From positions 1,128,004 to 1,192,003 of the forward strand of contig CAVPIF010000003.1 of NCBI GenBank assembly GCA_963704935.1: 64,000 bases of DNA, written 5' to 3'. Of this stretch, positions 1 to 10,506 are shown piece by piece. Position 1 is the first letter of the stretch, and the number at the start of each line of letters is the position of its first letter. Below the pieces are notes generated by a model. It worked only from the letters and a program-made list of their open reading frames with translations. It did not search any database and was not told where the DNA came from. Source of the DNA: an uncultured Chloroflexia bacterium. GTDB taxonomy: Bacteria; Chloroflexota; Limnocylindria; Limnocylindrales; CSP1-4. The translations under genes were made by a program, and so were the position numbers.

Positions 1-2742
1 TCGGCCTCCGTCTCCACGCCCTCGGCGACGAGGCTGACCTTGCGCTTGACCGCGAAGTAGGTCATCCCGGCGATGAGCGCCTGCCGAGCGGGGTCGGTGT
101 CGATCCCGCGGACGAGTCCCATATCCAGCTTCACGAAGTCCGGGTTGAGTTCCAGGATGTGGCGCAGGCTGGCGTACCCAGCCCCCGCGTCGTCGACCGA
201 CAGGCGCAGGTCCGGTCCCAGGGCGTCCAGCTCCCGGCGAAGCGCCGCGTAGTCGTCCACCCCGACGTGCTCGGTGACCTCCAGCGCGATCGTCCGTTCG
301 GATCCGGCCAGGAGAGCTCGCAGCGCCCCCGACGCGATCAACTCCGGCGACACGTTCAGGCTGAGATGGGCCCCGGCCGGAAGCGCACTGGCCGCCGCCA
401 GCGCCGCCGTGAGCGTCGCCGTCTCGAGCTCGATGCCATACCCGGCGTGCGCGGCCGACGCGAACACGACGTCGGGTCCGGTCCCGTCCGCGAATTGGCT
501 GAGCGCCTCGAAGGCGATGACGGAACCGGTCCGCAGGTCGGCGATCGGCTGGAAGTACGGGGTGAACGCCCGGGTCTCGATGATCTGCTGGATCGTTTCC
601 CGCGCGTCGCCGGCCCGGGAACGGGCCTCCATCTTGGGTGCCACGAGCGCTCCCACGATGGAGCCGAACGTCGCCAGGGCGGGCAGGCGCTCCACGATCC
701 GATCCGCGTCGGCATCGTCATGCGCGCCGAAGCCGATCACTCCGACGACCCCGCGAGCGCCCTTCAGGGGGGCATAGACCGCCGTATGGAGACCGCTGGC
801 GGTGATCGCCTCCCCGTACGCGCCGTCCTCAGGCCGGGCCTGCCAGGTTTCCGACCAGGGTCCGCGTGCGGCCCGTTCCATGAGGTACCGCGCGCGGGTG
901 TCCGGGATGAGCTCGCCCACCCGGAAGACCTGTGCCAGGCGCCCGGCCTCCGCAAGGACTCGCCCCCGCTCGCCGACGAAGCCGACGGCCCAGGCCGAAA
1001 TCCACTCCCGTGAGGCGCAGGATCTGGCCACAGGCGGCGTCGACGATCACTTCGGGTTCCGCGTCGGGATCCATGAGCTCCAGGGCCGCCTGGATCGTCT
1101 CGCGCTCGCGCGCGTCGTGCGCGAGCGCTGTCTCCAGGGCTCGCTCGTGGGTGACGTCGCGGTCGGTCTGGACGAAGCTGACGATCTCGCCATCGCCATC
1201 GCGGATGGGCGAGACGACGGACTCCGTCTCCACGAGGGCGCCGTCCTTGCGGCGGTTCATGAATGATCCGGACCAGGTCCGGCCCGCCTGGATCGTCGCC
1301 CAGAGTCCAGCGAAGTGCTCCGCCTCGTGTCGGCCGCTCTTGAGGATCCGCGGATCCTGACCCAGGAGCTCGACCGCGCGGTAGCCGAACAGGCGCTCGA
1401 ACGAGGGATTCACATAGGTGATCCTGCCGTCGCGATCGGTGACCATCACCGCGTCGGCGGTCTGCCCCACGGCCGCCGCGAGGCGGGTCCGCTCCGCCTC
1501 CGCCGCGACGCGCTCGGTGATGTCCTGGATGATCGCCACGAAGACGGCGGGCGTCTCGGCGTCCAGGTAGTGGATGCGCACCCCGACCGGATAGCTGGTT
1601 CCGTCCTTGCGTCGGTGGACGGTGTCGAAGGCGACGTGATCGCGCGACCGGTCTCGGAGCGGGGCGACCAGCGCGTCAAATGTAGCCGACGTGTGGGCTG
1701 GTTTGAGATCCAGGGGTGTGATCTGGCGCAGCTCATCCATCGTGTAGCCGGTATTCCGCAGGGCGCCCGCGTTGACCTCCGCGAATCGCAAGGTGTCCGC
1801 GTCGAAGACGTAGATCTCGCTGGTCAGTTCGTCCAGCAGGCGGGCGAAGCGGGTCTGCTGCGATCCCGCGTTGACCCGGTCGGTGATGTCCTGGGTGGTC
1901 CCGATCAACCGGATCGGCGCTCCGTCCCGGTCGCGGATCACCTCCGATTCCTCGTGGAGGAAGCGCACGCTGCCGTCGGGCCGGATGATCCGGTAGTCGA
2001 CCGGGGCGGGGTCGCAAGCGGTGAGGTCTGCGGCGCTCTGAGCTGCCTTCGCCCGGTCTTCCGGATGCACCATCATCGTGAATGCCTGGATGGTCCCGGC
2101 GAACGTCCCCGGCGCCACGCCCATGATCCGATACGACTCATCCGACCAGCGCAACGCGCCGGACGCCACGTCCCGCTCCCAGCTGCCGAGCCCGCCGATG
2201 CGCTGTGCCTCGGCCAGATCCCGCTCGCGGTCGCGCAGCAGCTCCTCCGACTCCACGAGGTCTGTGATGTCCTGGGTCGTCCCGATCATGCGCATCGGCC
2301 GGCCATCCGCACCGCGCAGGGTCTCGCCTTCCTCATGGATGACCCGCGCCGCGCCGTCCGGGCGGATGATCCGGTAGCGCGATCGGTACGGGACTCCTTC
2401 CTCCAGCGCCTGGCGGATGGCCTCCTCCACCAGGGCTTGATCGAGGGGATGCACGAACGTCAGCAGGAGGTCGTTGGTGGTCTCGCTCGACCCCCGTTCC
2501 ACCCCGAAGATCCGGAAATACTCATCGGACGCGGCAACGATGTCGGTCCGGAGATCCCAATCCCAGTTCCCCACGTGGGCGAATTGCTGGACATCGGCCA
2601 GAACGGATTCCAGGGTGCGCGCCTCATGCCGGGACACCGTCCGCGGATCCGCGGGCGCGGTGGCACCAGCCGTCGCGGCGTCGCGCGTGTTGACCGCGGC
2701 GAGGGCGACAGCACGAGCCGACGATGCAGGCTTTCGGTGCAT
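1..2742 (-). pseudogene. Multi-PAS / GAF-like / EAL-domain c-di-GMP signalling protein; 3' end runs off the window; one internal frameshift as assembled
   Basis: ORF 829..2742 gives repeated PAS modules. Reverse translation of 1..1000 in another frame gives the rest of a GAF-like domain and an EAL domain (AFEALSQF, DDAGAGYASL, VKLDMGLVRGID). The frames join at ~990-1000 (TGVDF | AWAVGFVGERG) through a 1-nt indel. Confidence 0.8.
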
Positions 2743-2824
2743 GTCGTCACCGTACCGTCAGGACGCGTGGTCGGGCGCCTGCCAACCGTCCGCCGCAGGC
2801 ATCGCAGGAAGTACCGTGGGGTCC

Positions 2825-3271
2825 TCAGGAGTCTGCGCGACGGAAATACGCTTCCGCGGCACGGTCGGCCGGGAAGATCAGCTCGACGCGCAGCTCGTCC
2901 AGGGTCACTGCTCGTGTCGCCCCGAAGCGGGCGACCATCGTGACCGTCCCCACGACCTCGTCACCGAACCGGAGTTTCGGACAGATGACGAGGTCGCTCG
3001 CGTCGTCGGGCACCACGAGCGGCACATCGGCCAGGTGAGCCCGGGCCCGTGCCAGGATCGCCTGGAGTCGTTCGTCCGAGCCCTCCGCGACCGCGGCCTG
3101 CAATCGTCGGAGGTACATCGATGTCACCCCCGGGAAGTTGACGACGATCTCCCGAAGGCCGCCGGGCGCCAGGAACGCATCGATCGCGTTGACGGCCGCG
3201 TCGCCGGCCTCCGGGAACAGGCGGCGGGCCGTCGCATCGGCATCCACGACATGCCACCAGCGATCGAGCAC
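2825..3271 (-). pseudogene. MmyB-like (XRE-family) regulator, ligand-binding domain only; N-terminal HTH absent
   Basis: HEPYPAFVLDRWWHVVDAD and the following ~150 aa resemble the MmyB-type ligand-binding domain. The frame stays open upstream (..AAAGLAPRYLEVPLED..) but runs into the stop of the next gene at 3426, leaving no room for an HTH. Confidence 0.5.
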
Positions 3272-3425
3272 GAAGGCCGGATACGGTTCATGGGCTTCGA
3301 GCAGGCGACGGATCGCGGACCGGAACGGGGCGACGATGGCGTCCTCGAGTGGGACCTCCAGATAGCGCGGCGCGAGGCCGGCGGCGGCACGACGTCTCCG
3401 GCGGGCGCGACTGACGCGACCGGCG

Positions 3426-4259
3426 TCAAGCCTCGGGGTCGCCGACCCCCGCGAAGGCTCCGTCGATCTCCGCGAACGGGATCCCCCGGCTGAGCCCCGT
3501 GAACGTGCCCTGCTCGGCGATCTCCGTAGCGGCCTGCAGGAACGCGCCCCAGGCTACCCGGGCGAGTCCCCCACCCACGCTGATCCGCCGGACACCCAGG
3601 TCCGCCAGGGCCGCGACGGTCGTGAAGTCGCTGCCGACGAGGACGTTGACCGGCTTCGGAGCGACGGCCCGGACGACCGCCGCGATCTCCTCGAGGGTAC
3701 CGAGGCGCGGTGCGTACAGGCAGTCGGCGCCGGCCTCGGCATAGGCGCGCAGCCGGCGGATCGTGTCGGCGAGGTCGGGCCGACCGACCACGAACCCCTC
3801 CGATCGACCCGTGAGCAGCACCCGACCACCGTGCTCGTCGATCGCCGATCTCGCGGCGCGGATCCTGGCGACCGACAGGTCGAAGTCGAACAGCGGTTCC
3901 GTCGGATCGCCGCTCGAGTCCTCGATCGACAGCCCGGCGATGCCGGTCTCGACGGCGCGCGCGACGTTCGCCGCGACACCGTCGGGTTCCACCGCGAACC
4001 CACCCTCGAAATCGGCGTTGACCGGGATATCGACCGATCCGGCGACCGCCCGCAGGTGGGCGAGCGCCTCGTCGAGCGTCACTCCGTTGTCGGGCTTGCC
4101 CACCGTCCACGCGAAGCCGGAACTCGTGGTCGCCAGCGCGGTGAAGCCGAGACCCGCCAGCAAGCGCGCACTGCCGACGTCCCACGGGTTCGGGATGACG
4201 AAGCAGCCCGTTCGATGGAGGGCTTGGAATCTCTCGAAGCGGTCGGTGGTTCCTGGCAT
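3426..4259 (-). CDS. Isocitrate lyase / PEP mutase superfamily enzyme (2-methylisocitrate lyase-like)
   Basis: ATG at 4259 inside ORF 3426..4466. Family-typical motifs: FVIPNPWDVGSARLL, IPVNADFEGGF, GIAGLSIEDS, AGADCLYAP. Confidence 0.85.
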   Translation of the reverse strand: MPGTTDRFERFQALHRTGCFVIPNPWDVGSARLLAGLGFTALATTSSGFAWTVGKPDNGVTLDEALAHLRAVAGSVDIPVNADFEGGFAVEPDGVAANVARAVETGIAGLSIEDSSGDPTEPLFDFDLSVARIRAARSAIDEHGGRVLLTGRSEGFVVGRPDLADTIRRLRAYAEAGADCLYAPRLGTLEEIAAVVRAVAPKPVNVLVGSDFTTVAALADLGVRRISVGGGLARVAWGAFLQAATEIAEQGTFTGLSRGIPFAEIDGAFAGVGDPEA

Positions 4260-4281
4260 CAGAGGGAGAGTACCAGCGCGA

Positions 4282-4529
4282 CGTCTGGGTTTCGAACGGG
4301 TCGGTCCAGTTGCGGCGCGATAACGGCTGACCGCCGCCACCCGACGCAACTGGAGGACGAGCTTCGTCGATCCGCCGCCCGCCGGCGCAAACGATGACGG
4401 GCGACGGCCCGCATCCAGTTCCTGCCGCTGATTCGACCGCTGAGCGGTGCATCCGAGGACGCGCACGGCTCTCGCTGCGTCCCGTTCTCCAGTTGCGTCG
4501 CCGAGCGGCGGCCAGGAGCCGGGGCCAGC
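4282..4529. repeat. Copy A of a ~245-bp structured repeat (18-bp long-range inverted repeat at 4332..4349 / 4473..4490)
   Basis: 226 nt differ from 9252..9477 at only ~6 positions, then weaker similarity for ~20 nt. Arms CGACGCAACTGGAGGACG and CGTTCTCCAGTTGCGTCG are complementary at 17 of 18 positions. Confidence 0.85.
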
Positions 4530-4781
4530 GTCCAGCCGCCCCCGTGTGACGGACTGCTGTATGTCTTACGCGATCGTGCGTGGATCCTGAGCTACGAGGT
4601 CATCGCTGCCGTGGTCGTCTTGGTCGTCGCCTCCGTCGCGATCATCGTCCTGGTCTTCGAGCGGGCGGTGACGCTGGACGCCACGATCGTCAGCGGCGGC
4701 GATCTCGGTCGGGGTCTTCCTGCCGCTCCTACCCGCCGCGTCTCTTGCCTGGATCGAGCCCGACGCGCCGGCAGACGTCTG

Positions 4782-5084
4782 ATGGCGCGTCCATCAGAAC
4801 GCATCGAGCCGGCGCTTCACAGCCGCTTGGCGGTGCTTCGCGCCGAGCGAGGCCTGTCGCGCCAGGATCTCGCCGACGCGGTGGTCGTGAACTATCAGAC
4901 GATCGGCTATCTCGAGCGGAACGAGTACAACCCGAGCCTCGATCTCGCGCTCCGAGCAGCCGAATACTTCGGCCTCCCGGTCGAGGCGATCTTCAGCCGT
5001 CGACCGTTCACGCCCATGTCCGAACAGCTGTACCCGGGGGCGGCGAAGCCACCAGCGGGGGGACGCGAGGAAAGTGCGATCTGA
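4782..5084 (+). CDS. Small XRE-family helix-turn-helix regulator
   Basis: LRAERGLSRQDLADAVVVNYQTIGYLERNEYNPSLDLALRAAEYFGLPVEAIF is a typical HTH_3 small regulator. The ATG at 4782 was chosen; the same frame is open from 4611 (hydrophobic N-extension), so the start is uncertain. Confidence 0.7.
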   Translation: MARPSERIEPALHSRLAVLRAERGLSRQDLADAVVVNYQTIGYLERNEYNPSLDLALRAAEYFGLPVEAIFSRRPFTPMSEQLYPGAAKPPAGGREESAI

Positions 5085-5297
5085 TCGGGATCATCCGCGC
5101 CACGCTCGAGTCTTCCATACTGACGATCCAACGCGTTGTCGTCCGGCGCAGCATGCAGCGATGGGATTCCGGATGGCGGCTATGAAGGTTGAGGTGGAAG
5201 ACGTGAGGGTACCGCGACACCCGACCCGGTCTTCGGGATCGGCCTTCCGGCACGTTGCGCGCGCGGGACTGTCTCTGACCTCGACTGAGCGGACGCC

Positions 5298-8144
5298 GTG
5301 AGGCGGCCCGAGCACGAGACACCTTTTGAGACGCTCCTCGAGAGCATCCCCGGGGCCGTGTACCGCCGCGCGCCGGAGCAGCCCTGGCACTTCGCGTATG
5401 TCACCGACGGCGTCGACTCGATCGCGGGACGTCGGGCGGATGATCTGATCCGGCCCGGTGGCCTGGCCGCCCTGCTGCCGGCGTCCGACGACCTGCCGAC
5501 ATTCTCCTCGGCGATCGGAGACGCGGTGTCCACCGGGCAGCCCTTCGAGCTGGAGTACCGAATCCTTCACGCGGACGGGACGACCCGCTGGATCCACGAT
5601 CGCGGACGGCCCGCGCGCGACGGGACCGACAGGGTGACCTGGATCGACGGCGTGCTCTTCGACATCACCGAGCGCAAAGAAGCCGAGCGGGTGCTGGTCG
5701 AGCAGCAGGCCAAGCTGGTTGCGCTCATGGACACCGTTCCCGACCACGTCTACTTCAAAGATCCCGAGAGCCGGTTCACGATGATCAGCACTGCGTTGGC
5801 GCGGTCGTTCGGTCTGGATGATCCAGCCCAGGCAGTCGGCAAGGCGGACACCGACTACTTCGGGGCTGAGCATGCGCTGCGGGCCCTCGAAGATGAGCGG
5901 GAGATCATCAGATCCGGCAAGCCCGTCATCGGCAAGGAGGAGAAGGAGACCTGGCCCGACGGCCACGTGACCTGGGCGTCGACGACCAAGTTGCCGCGGC
6001 TCGATCCGGAAGGGACTGTCCTCGGCACATTCGGCATATCCAGGGATATCACGGCCCGCAAGCTGGCCGATGCGGCGTTGGCAGACACCCACCAGCGTCT
6101 TGAGGTGGCCATCGCAGAAGCGATCGAGAAGACCCAGCAGGCAGAGTTGGCGAACTCCGCCAAGAGCGAATTCCTGGCCAACATGAGCCACGAGATCCGG
6201 ACGCCGATGAATGGCGTCATCGGCATGATCGGCCTGCTGCTCGACACGAAGCTCGACGACGACCAGCGCCGCTACGCCGAGGCCGTGCGGTCAAGTGGCG
6301 AATCGCTGCTGGAGATCCTCAACGACATCCTCGACTTCTCGAAGATCGAGGCGGGCAGCGTCGAGTTGGAGATGGTGGATTTCGACCTGCGGGCCCTGCT
6401 CGATGACTTCGCAGCCTTGCCCGCCGTGCGTGCCCAAGCCAAGGGTCTGGAATTCATCTGCGCTGTCGCGCCCGACGTGCCGGCCCATCTCTGCGGCGAC
6501 CCGGGTCGCTTGCGCCAGGTGCTTCTCAACCTGGCCGGCAATGCCTTGAAGTTCACCCAGCAGGGCGAGATCTCCGTGCGAGCCGGCCTGGCAGCGGAGA
6601 CCGACACCGACGCCGTGGTCCGCTTTTCGGTCAAGGACACGGGCATCGGCATCGCGGCAGACAAGCACGAGCACCTGTTCGAGAAGTTCACCCAGGCCGA
6701 CGCCTCGACGACGCGACGATATGGGGGCACGGGTCTTGGTCTCGCGATCTCCAAGCGGTTGGTCGAGCTCATGGGCGGCGAGATCGCACTGGTGAGCGAA
6801 GAAGGTCGTGGCTCGGAGTTCTCGTTCACGGTGCAACTCGGCAAGCAGGCCGAACCCGAGCGCATCGTCGTGTCCAACGACGAGATCCAAGGGACCCACA
6901 TCCTGGTGGTGGACGACAACGCCACGAACCGGGAGGTCCTGTCGACCCAGCTCAGAGCATGGGGCGGGCGGCCCGAGGAGGCCACCGACGGGCCGTCCTC
7001 GCTCCTGGCCCTGCGGCGCGCCTCGGATGCGGGCGACCCCTTCGTGGCGGCCATCCTCGACATGCAGATGCCCGACATGGACGGGGCGGACGTTGCCCGG
7101 GCGATCAAGGCAGACGAGAGCCTCAAGCACACTCGCCTCGTGCTCATGACCTCCGTCGGGCAGCGGGGTGACGCGCGGGAGATGGAGGAGATCGGGTTCT
7201 CAGCCTATCTGGTCAAGCCGGCTCGACAGTCGGACCTCTTTGACAGCCTGTCTGCCGTGTTGGCCCGGTCGACGGTCAGCCACGCCAAACAGCGGATCGT
7301 CACGCGCCACGTGGTCCGCGAGATGCGTCGCGGCGCGGTCCGCATCCTCCTTGCCGAGGACAACATCACGAACCAGCAGGTCGCCATCGGGCTCCTGAAG
7401 AAGCTGGGGCTCCGCGCGGACGCCGTGGGCGACGGGGTTGAGGCCATCAGGTCGCTGGAGACGCTCCCATACGACCTCGTGCTCATGGACGTCCAGATGC
7501 CCGAGATGGACGGCCTCGAGGCGACTCGCCGGATCCGCGATCCCGAGTCCGCCGTCCTCAACCACCAAGTCCCCATCGTCGCGATGACCGCCCACGCCAT
7601 GCAGGGCGACAGGGAACGGTGCCTGGAAGCCGGGATGGACGACTACGTCACCAAGCCGATCTCCCCCATCGCTCTGGCCGAGGCCCTCGATCGTTGGCTC
7701 CCGCGGGACTACGCGGGACTGCCGGCGCGCGCGCCGGATGAGCCCGTGGCGGGCTCCCACCAGACCTCGACCGAAGCCCCAGTGTTCGACCGGGCCGGTC
7801 TGCTAGCTCGTCTGATCGGCGACGAGGTCCTGGCGCGCACGGTGGTGGATGGCTTCCTGGAGGACACCCCACGGCAGATCGAGGCGCTCAGGGACTGCCT
7901 GCGCACGGGCGACGCCGCTGGCGCCATCCGCCAGGCGCACATCATCAAGGGGGCGTCGGCCACCGTCGGCGGTGAGGCGCTGAGCGCAGTGGCCGGAGAA
8001 ATGGAGAAGGCGGCCACTTCCGGCGACCTTGACACTGGCCGTGGCCATCTGCCGGACCTTGAGTCCCAGTTCGGCCGACTTCGTGCGGCGATGAGCGAGT
8101 TTGCCGGCCAGACAGGACCCGAGTCGGGTAGCCAAGGTGACTGA
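5298..8144 (+). CDS. Hybrid sensor histidine kinase (PAS-PAS-HisKA-HATPase-REC-REC-HPt)
   Basis: 948-aa ORF with an H-box ([12 protein letters not shown]), G-box ([14 protein letters not shown]), two receiver domains ([21 protein letters not shown]; [21 protein letters not shown]) and a C-terminal HPt ([12 protein letters not shown]). Confidence 0.95.
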   Translation: MRRPEHETPFETLLESIPGAVYRRAPEQPWHFAYVTDGVDSIAGRRADDLIRPGGLAALLPASDDLPTFSSAIGDAVSTGQPFELEYRILHADGTTRWIHDRGRPARDGTDRVTWIDGVLFDITERKEAERVLVEQQAKLVALMDTVPDHVYFKDPESRFTMISTALARSFGLDDPAQAVGKADTDYFGAEHALRALEDEREIIRSGKPVIGKEEKETWPDGHVTWASTTKLPRLDPEGTVLGTFGISRDITARKLADAALADTHQRLEVAIAEAIEKTQQAELANSAKSEFLANMSHEIRTPMNGVIGMIGLLLDTKLDDDQRRYAEAVRSSGESLLEILNDILDFSKIEAGSVELEMVDFDLRALLDDFAALPAVRAQAKGLEFICAVAPDVPAHLCGDPGRLRQVLLNLAGNALKFTQQGEISVRAGLAAETDTDAVVRFSVKDTGIGIAADKHEHLFEKFTQADASTTRRYGGTGLGLAISKRLVELMGGEIALVSEEGRGSEFSFTVQLGKQAEPERIVVSNDEIQGTHILVVDDNATNREVLSTQLRAWGGRPEEATDGPSSLLALRRASDAGDPFVAAILDMQMPDMDGADVARAIKADESLKHTRLVLMTSVGQRGDAREMEEIGFSAYLVKPARQSDLFDSLSAVLARSTVSHAKQRIVTRHVVREMRRGAVRILLAEDNITNQQVAIGLLKKLGLRADAVGDGVEAIRSLETLPYDLVLMDVQMPEMDGLEATRRIRDPESAVLNHQVPIVAMTAHAMQGDRERCLEAGMDDYVTKPISPIALAEALDRWLPRDYAGLPARAPDEPVAGSHQTSTEAPVFDRAGLLARLIGDEVLARTVVDGFLEDTPRQIEALRDCLRTGDAAGAIRQAHIIKGASATVGGEALSAVAGEMEKAATSGDLDTGRGHLPDLESQFGRLRAAMSEFAGQTGPESGSQGD

Positions 8145-8189
8145 GCAGTTCGTCGTCGACGACGAACTGCTGAGTCGGATCGCAGGTGT

Positions 8190-9119
8190 GTGCCGATGAG
8201 GATCCTGATCGCCGACGACGACTCCACCTCACGCCTCGTCCTCACGGGCGTCTTGAAGAAGTTCGGTCACGACGTGGTGGCGACGGTGAACGGCGCCGAG
8301 GCCTGGGAAGCGATGCAGCGACCCGATGCCCCGACGCTCGCCATACTCGACTGGATGATGCCCGGCCTCTCGGGCGTGGACGTCGTCCGTCACGTTCGAG
8401 GCCTGGGGTCCGACGAACCCCCGTACCTCATCCTCCTGACATCGATGAGTACGAAGGCCGACATCGTCGCCGGATTGGAGGCCGGTGCCGACGATTACCT
8501 GGTCAAGCCGTTCGACCCCGGAGAACTCCGCGCGAGGGTCGATGTCGGCCGCCGCGTGACCGACCTCCAGGTGAGGCTGCGCGATGCGCACCGCGCGCTC
8601 GAGATCGAGGCGACGCATGATCCCTTGACCGGCGCGCTCAATCGCCGAGCGTTCGCCGACGTCCTGTCCCGCACCCTTTCCGAGGAGCATCGGCATCGCC
8701 TGGGGGTCGCCCTGGGGATCTGCGACATCGACGAGTTCAAGAAGATCAACGACCTTCATGGCCACCGGGTCGGGGACGAGGTGCTGTGCGGGCTTGTCCA
8801 GCAGCTGACGAGCAGTCTGCGTGCGGAGGATGTCCTGAGCCGCCACGGCGGAGATGAGTTCGTGGTGCTCGCCGCCCACACGGGGGACACCGACGTCCGC
8901 CTGCTCTTCGACCGCGCCCGGGCAGCGGTCGCAGATAACCCTATCCACACGCAGGCGGGAGACCTCTCGGTCACGATCAGCTTCGGCGTGAGCGCGCTGA
9001 GAGAGGGCGGTACCGCGGATGACCTGCTCGGGGCCGCCGACGCCGCGCTGTATCGGGCCAAGGACGCCGGCCGGAACCGGGTGGTCGTAGCCGAGGGATC
9101 GGCATCGACGTCAAGCTGA
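8190..9119 (+). CDS. Response regulator with GGDEF output domain (diguanylate cyclase)
   Basis: REC domain (ILIADDDSTSRLVL..DWMMPGLSG..KP) followed by GGDEF (RHGGDEFVVLA, AADAALYRAKDAGRNR). It sits 45 nt downstream of the kinase. Confidence 0.95.
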   Translation: MPMRILIADDDSTSRLVLTGVLKKFGHDVVATVNGAEAWEAMQRPDAPTLAILDWMMPGLSGVDVVRHVRGLGSDEPPYLILLTSMSTKADIVAGLEAGADDYLVKPFDPGELRARVDVGRRVTDLQVRLRDAHRALEIEATHDPLTGALNRRAFADVLSRTLSEEHRHRLGVALGICDIDEFKKINDLHGHRVGDEVLCGLVQQLTSSLRAEDVLSRHGGDEFVVLAAHTGDTDVRLLFDRARAAVADNPIHTQAGDLSVTISFGVSALREGGTADDLLGAADAALYRAKDAGRNRVVVAEGSASTSS

Positions 9120-9251
9120 CCGACGACCGGTCCTCCGTCCGTCAGACGGCAGGACTGTGCTCGACTCCGAAGCGTCGGGTCACCTCCTTGAAGCCCGTGA
9201 GCACGCGCGCGACATGCTCGCCGAGCTTCGACAGGGTGCGACCGACAGACC

Positions 9252-9497
9252 TCGAACGGGTCCGTCCGGTCGCGGCGCGACAGCGGCTGACCGCCGCCAC
9301 CCGACGCAACTGGAGGACGAGCTTCGACGATCCGCCGCCCGCCGGCGCAAACGATGACGGGCGACGGCCCGCATCCAGTTCCTGCCGCTGATTCGACCGC
9401 TGAGCGGTGCATCCGAGGACGCGCACGGCTCTCGCTGCGTCCCGTTCTCCAGTTGCGTCGCCGAGCGGCGGCCAGGAGGGGGCCATCGTCCGGCCGC
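9252..9497. repeat. Copy B of the ~245-bp structured repeat (inverted-repeat arms 9302..9319 / 9443..9460)
   Basis: Direct-orientation copy of 4282..4529 at an offset of 4970 nt. Starts 133 nt after the GGDEF gene stop. Confidence 0.85.
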
Positions 9498-9920
9498 ATG
9501 CCTGGGTGAGTCGTCACGTGTCCGACCTGCGGGCGCGGGATGACGAAGGTCGAGTCGACCAAGGGTACTGACGCCGAACGGGCCGAACCGCGTCCGCTCG
9601 CGCTCGCGCTCGCGCGTCCCGGTGTGGTCCCATCGCCATGGAGGATCCGAGTGCCCGCTGTGAAGACGATTCGGAGCGCCGCTGCTACACGAACGCGATC
9701 ACGGCCTTGGTCGTGGGGTCTCGGTTCCGGGGCCAGCGGCGGGAGTGCGGCCAGCGGTGGTCGCCTGCCGTAACGAACGGTGACGTCGCGCGTCGACGGA
9801 GCGGAGACGCCGAGCATGACGGGTGGCGGCGATGGCCCATCGCTTCAGTGGTCGTGCATGCCCCCTTGACGGGACCCAGCGTGAGCACCGATTCCAACGG
9901 GATCGAGAGGTCGCGCAGGC

Positions 9921-10442
9921 TCAAACGCCGGCGGCGGCCAGGATCGCGGTCAGATCGGCGAGGTGGTCCTCGTAGTGGTCCATCGTCTCGGAGCGGAAGA
10001 AGCGCTGGTGATCGCTGTGCTTGAGCCAGCGGCTCTCGGGTACGACCGTGAGTGAGCCGCGGAGCTGACCCGGGAGGGTGGCGAAGCGGTCGCGCAACTC
10101 GCCCATCGACAGCGCCGCCCAGGTCGCGTCGATCTCGGCGTTGACGACCTCGCCGCCACGCGCATCCCAGTCGGCGTCGGCGCGTTCCTTGGCCTGGCTC
10201 GTCTCGTGGACCGCAAGCTCGGTCGCGACCGCCAGCGCGATCTCATGCCCCGACAGCAGGTGTGCCATCAGCTGCCGACCGGTCCAGCCGTGGGCGCCAT
10301 CGATCGAGATGGTCAGCTGGTCGTCGGTCAGGTCAGCGAGGGCCTCGAACGGACGCCACGCGCCACGCTCCTGGTCGAGGAACTCGAGTGCGTCGAGGGA
10401 CATCTCGAGATGGTACGCGGCTGCGTCTTCGCCGCCTGGCAC
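9921..10442 (-). CDS. DinB-like / mycothiol-dependent maleylpyruvate isomerase N-terminal-domain family protein
   Basis: 173-aa ORF. GWTGRQLMAHLLSGHE and a C-terminal HYEDHLADL resemble four-helix DinB_2-type proteins. Confidence 0.65.
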   Translation of the reverse strand: MPGGEDAAAYHLEMSLDALEFLDQERGAWRPFEALADLTDDQLTISIDGAHGWTGRQLMAHLLSGHEIALAVATELAVHETSQAKERADADWDARGGEVVNAEIDATWAALSMGELRDRFATLPGQLRGSLTVVPESRWLKHSDHQRFFRSETMDHYEDHLADLTAILAAAGV

Positions 10443-10506
10443 TCACGGGAGACCGCGGTCGTCATCGTGTCGCCCGGACGCAGCGCCGGCTGGACGTACT
10501 CGCCGC

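Noticed and set aside
4282-4529. The idea that the ~245-bp repeat is a c-di-GMP (GEMM-type) riboswitch, prompted by the GGGACGCAGCGAGAGCC string and the c-di-GMP gene neighbourhood
   Set aside because: The resemblance is limited to a few nucleotides. I cannot place the GGCAAAC / GNRA-receptor architecture of c-di-GMP-I or the pseudoknot of class II. Copy B is not upstream of any convincing gene. It is kept only as an unclassified structured repeat.
5091-6191. A 366-aa minus-strand ORF inside the hybrid kinase gene
   Set aside because: It is antisense to a well-supported 948-aa kinase, has no recognisable motifs, and shows a shadow-frame composition.
9498-9920. Small ORFs (77-128 aa) between repeat copy B and the DinB-like gene
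   Set aside because: They overlap one another on both strands, are Arg/Pro/Gly-rich, include a CGCTCG microsatellite, and have no motifs. The region is treated as non-coding or decayed.
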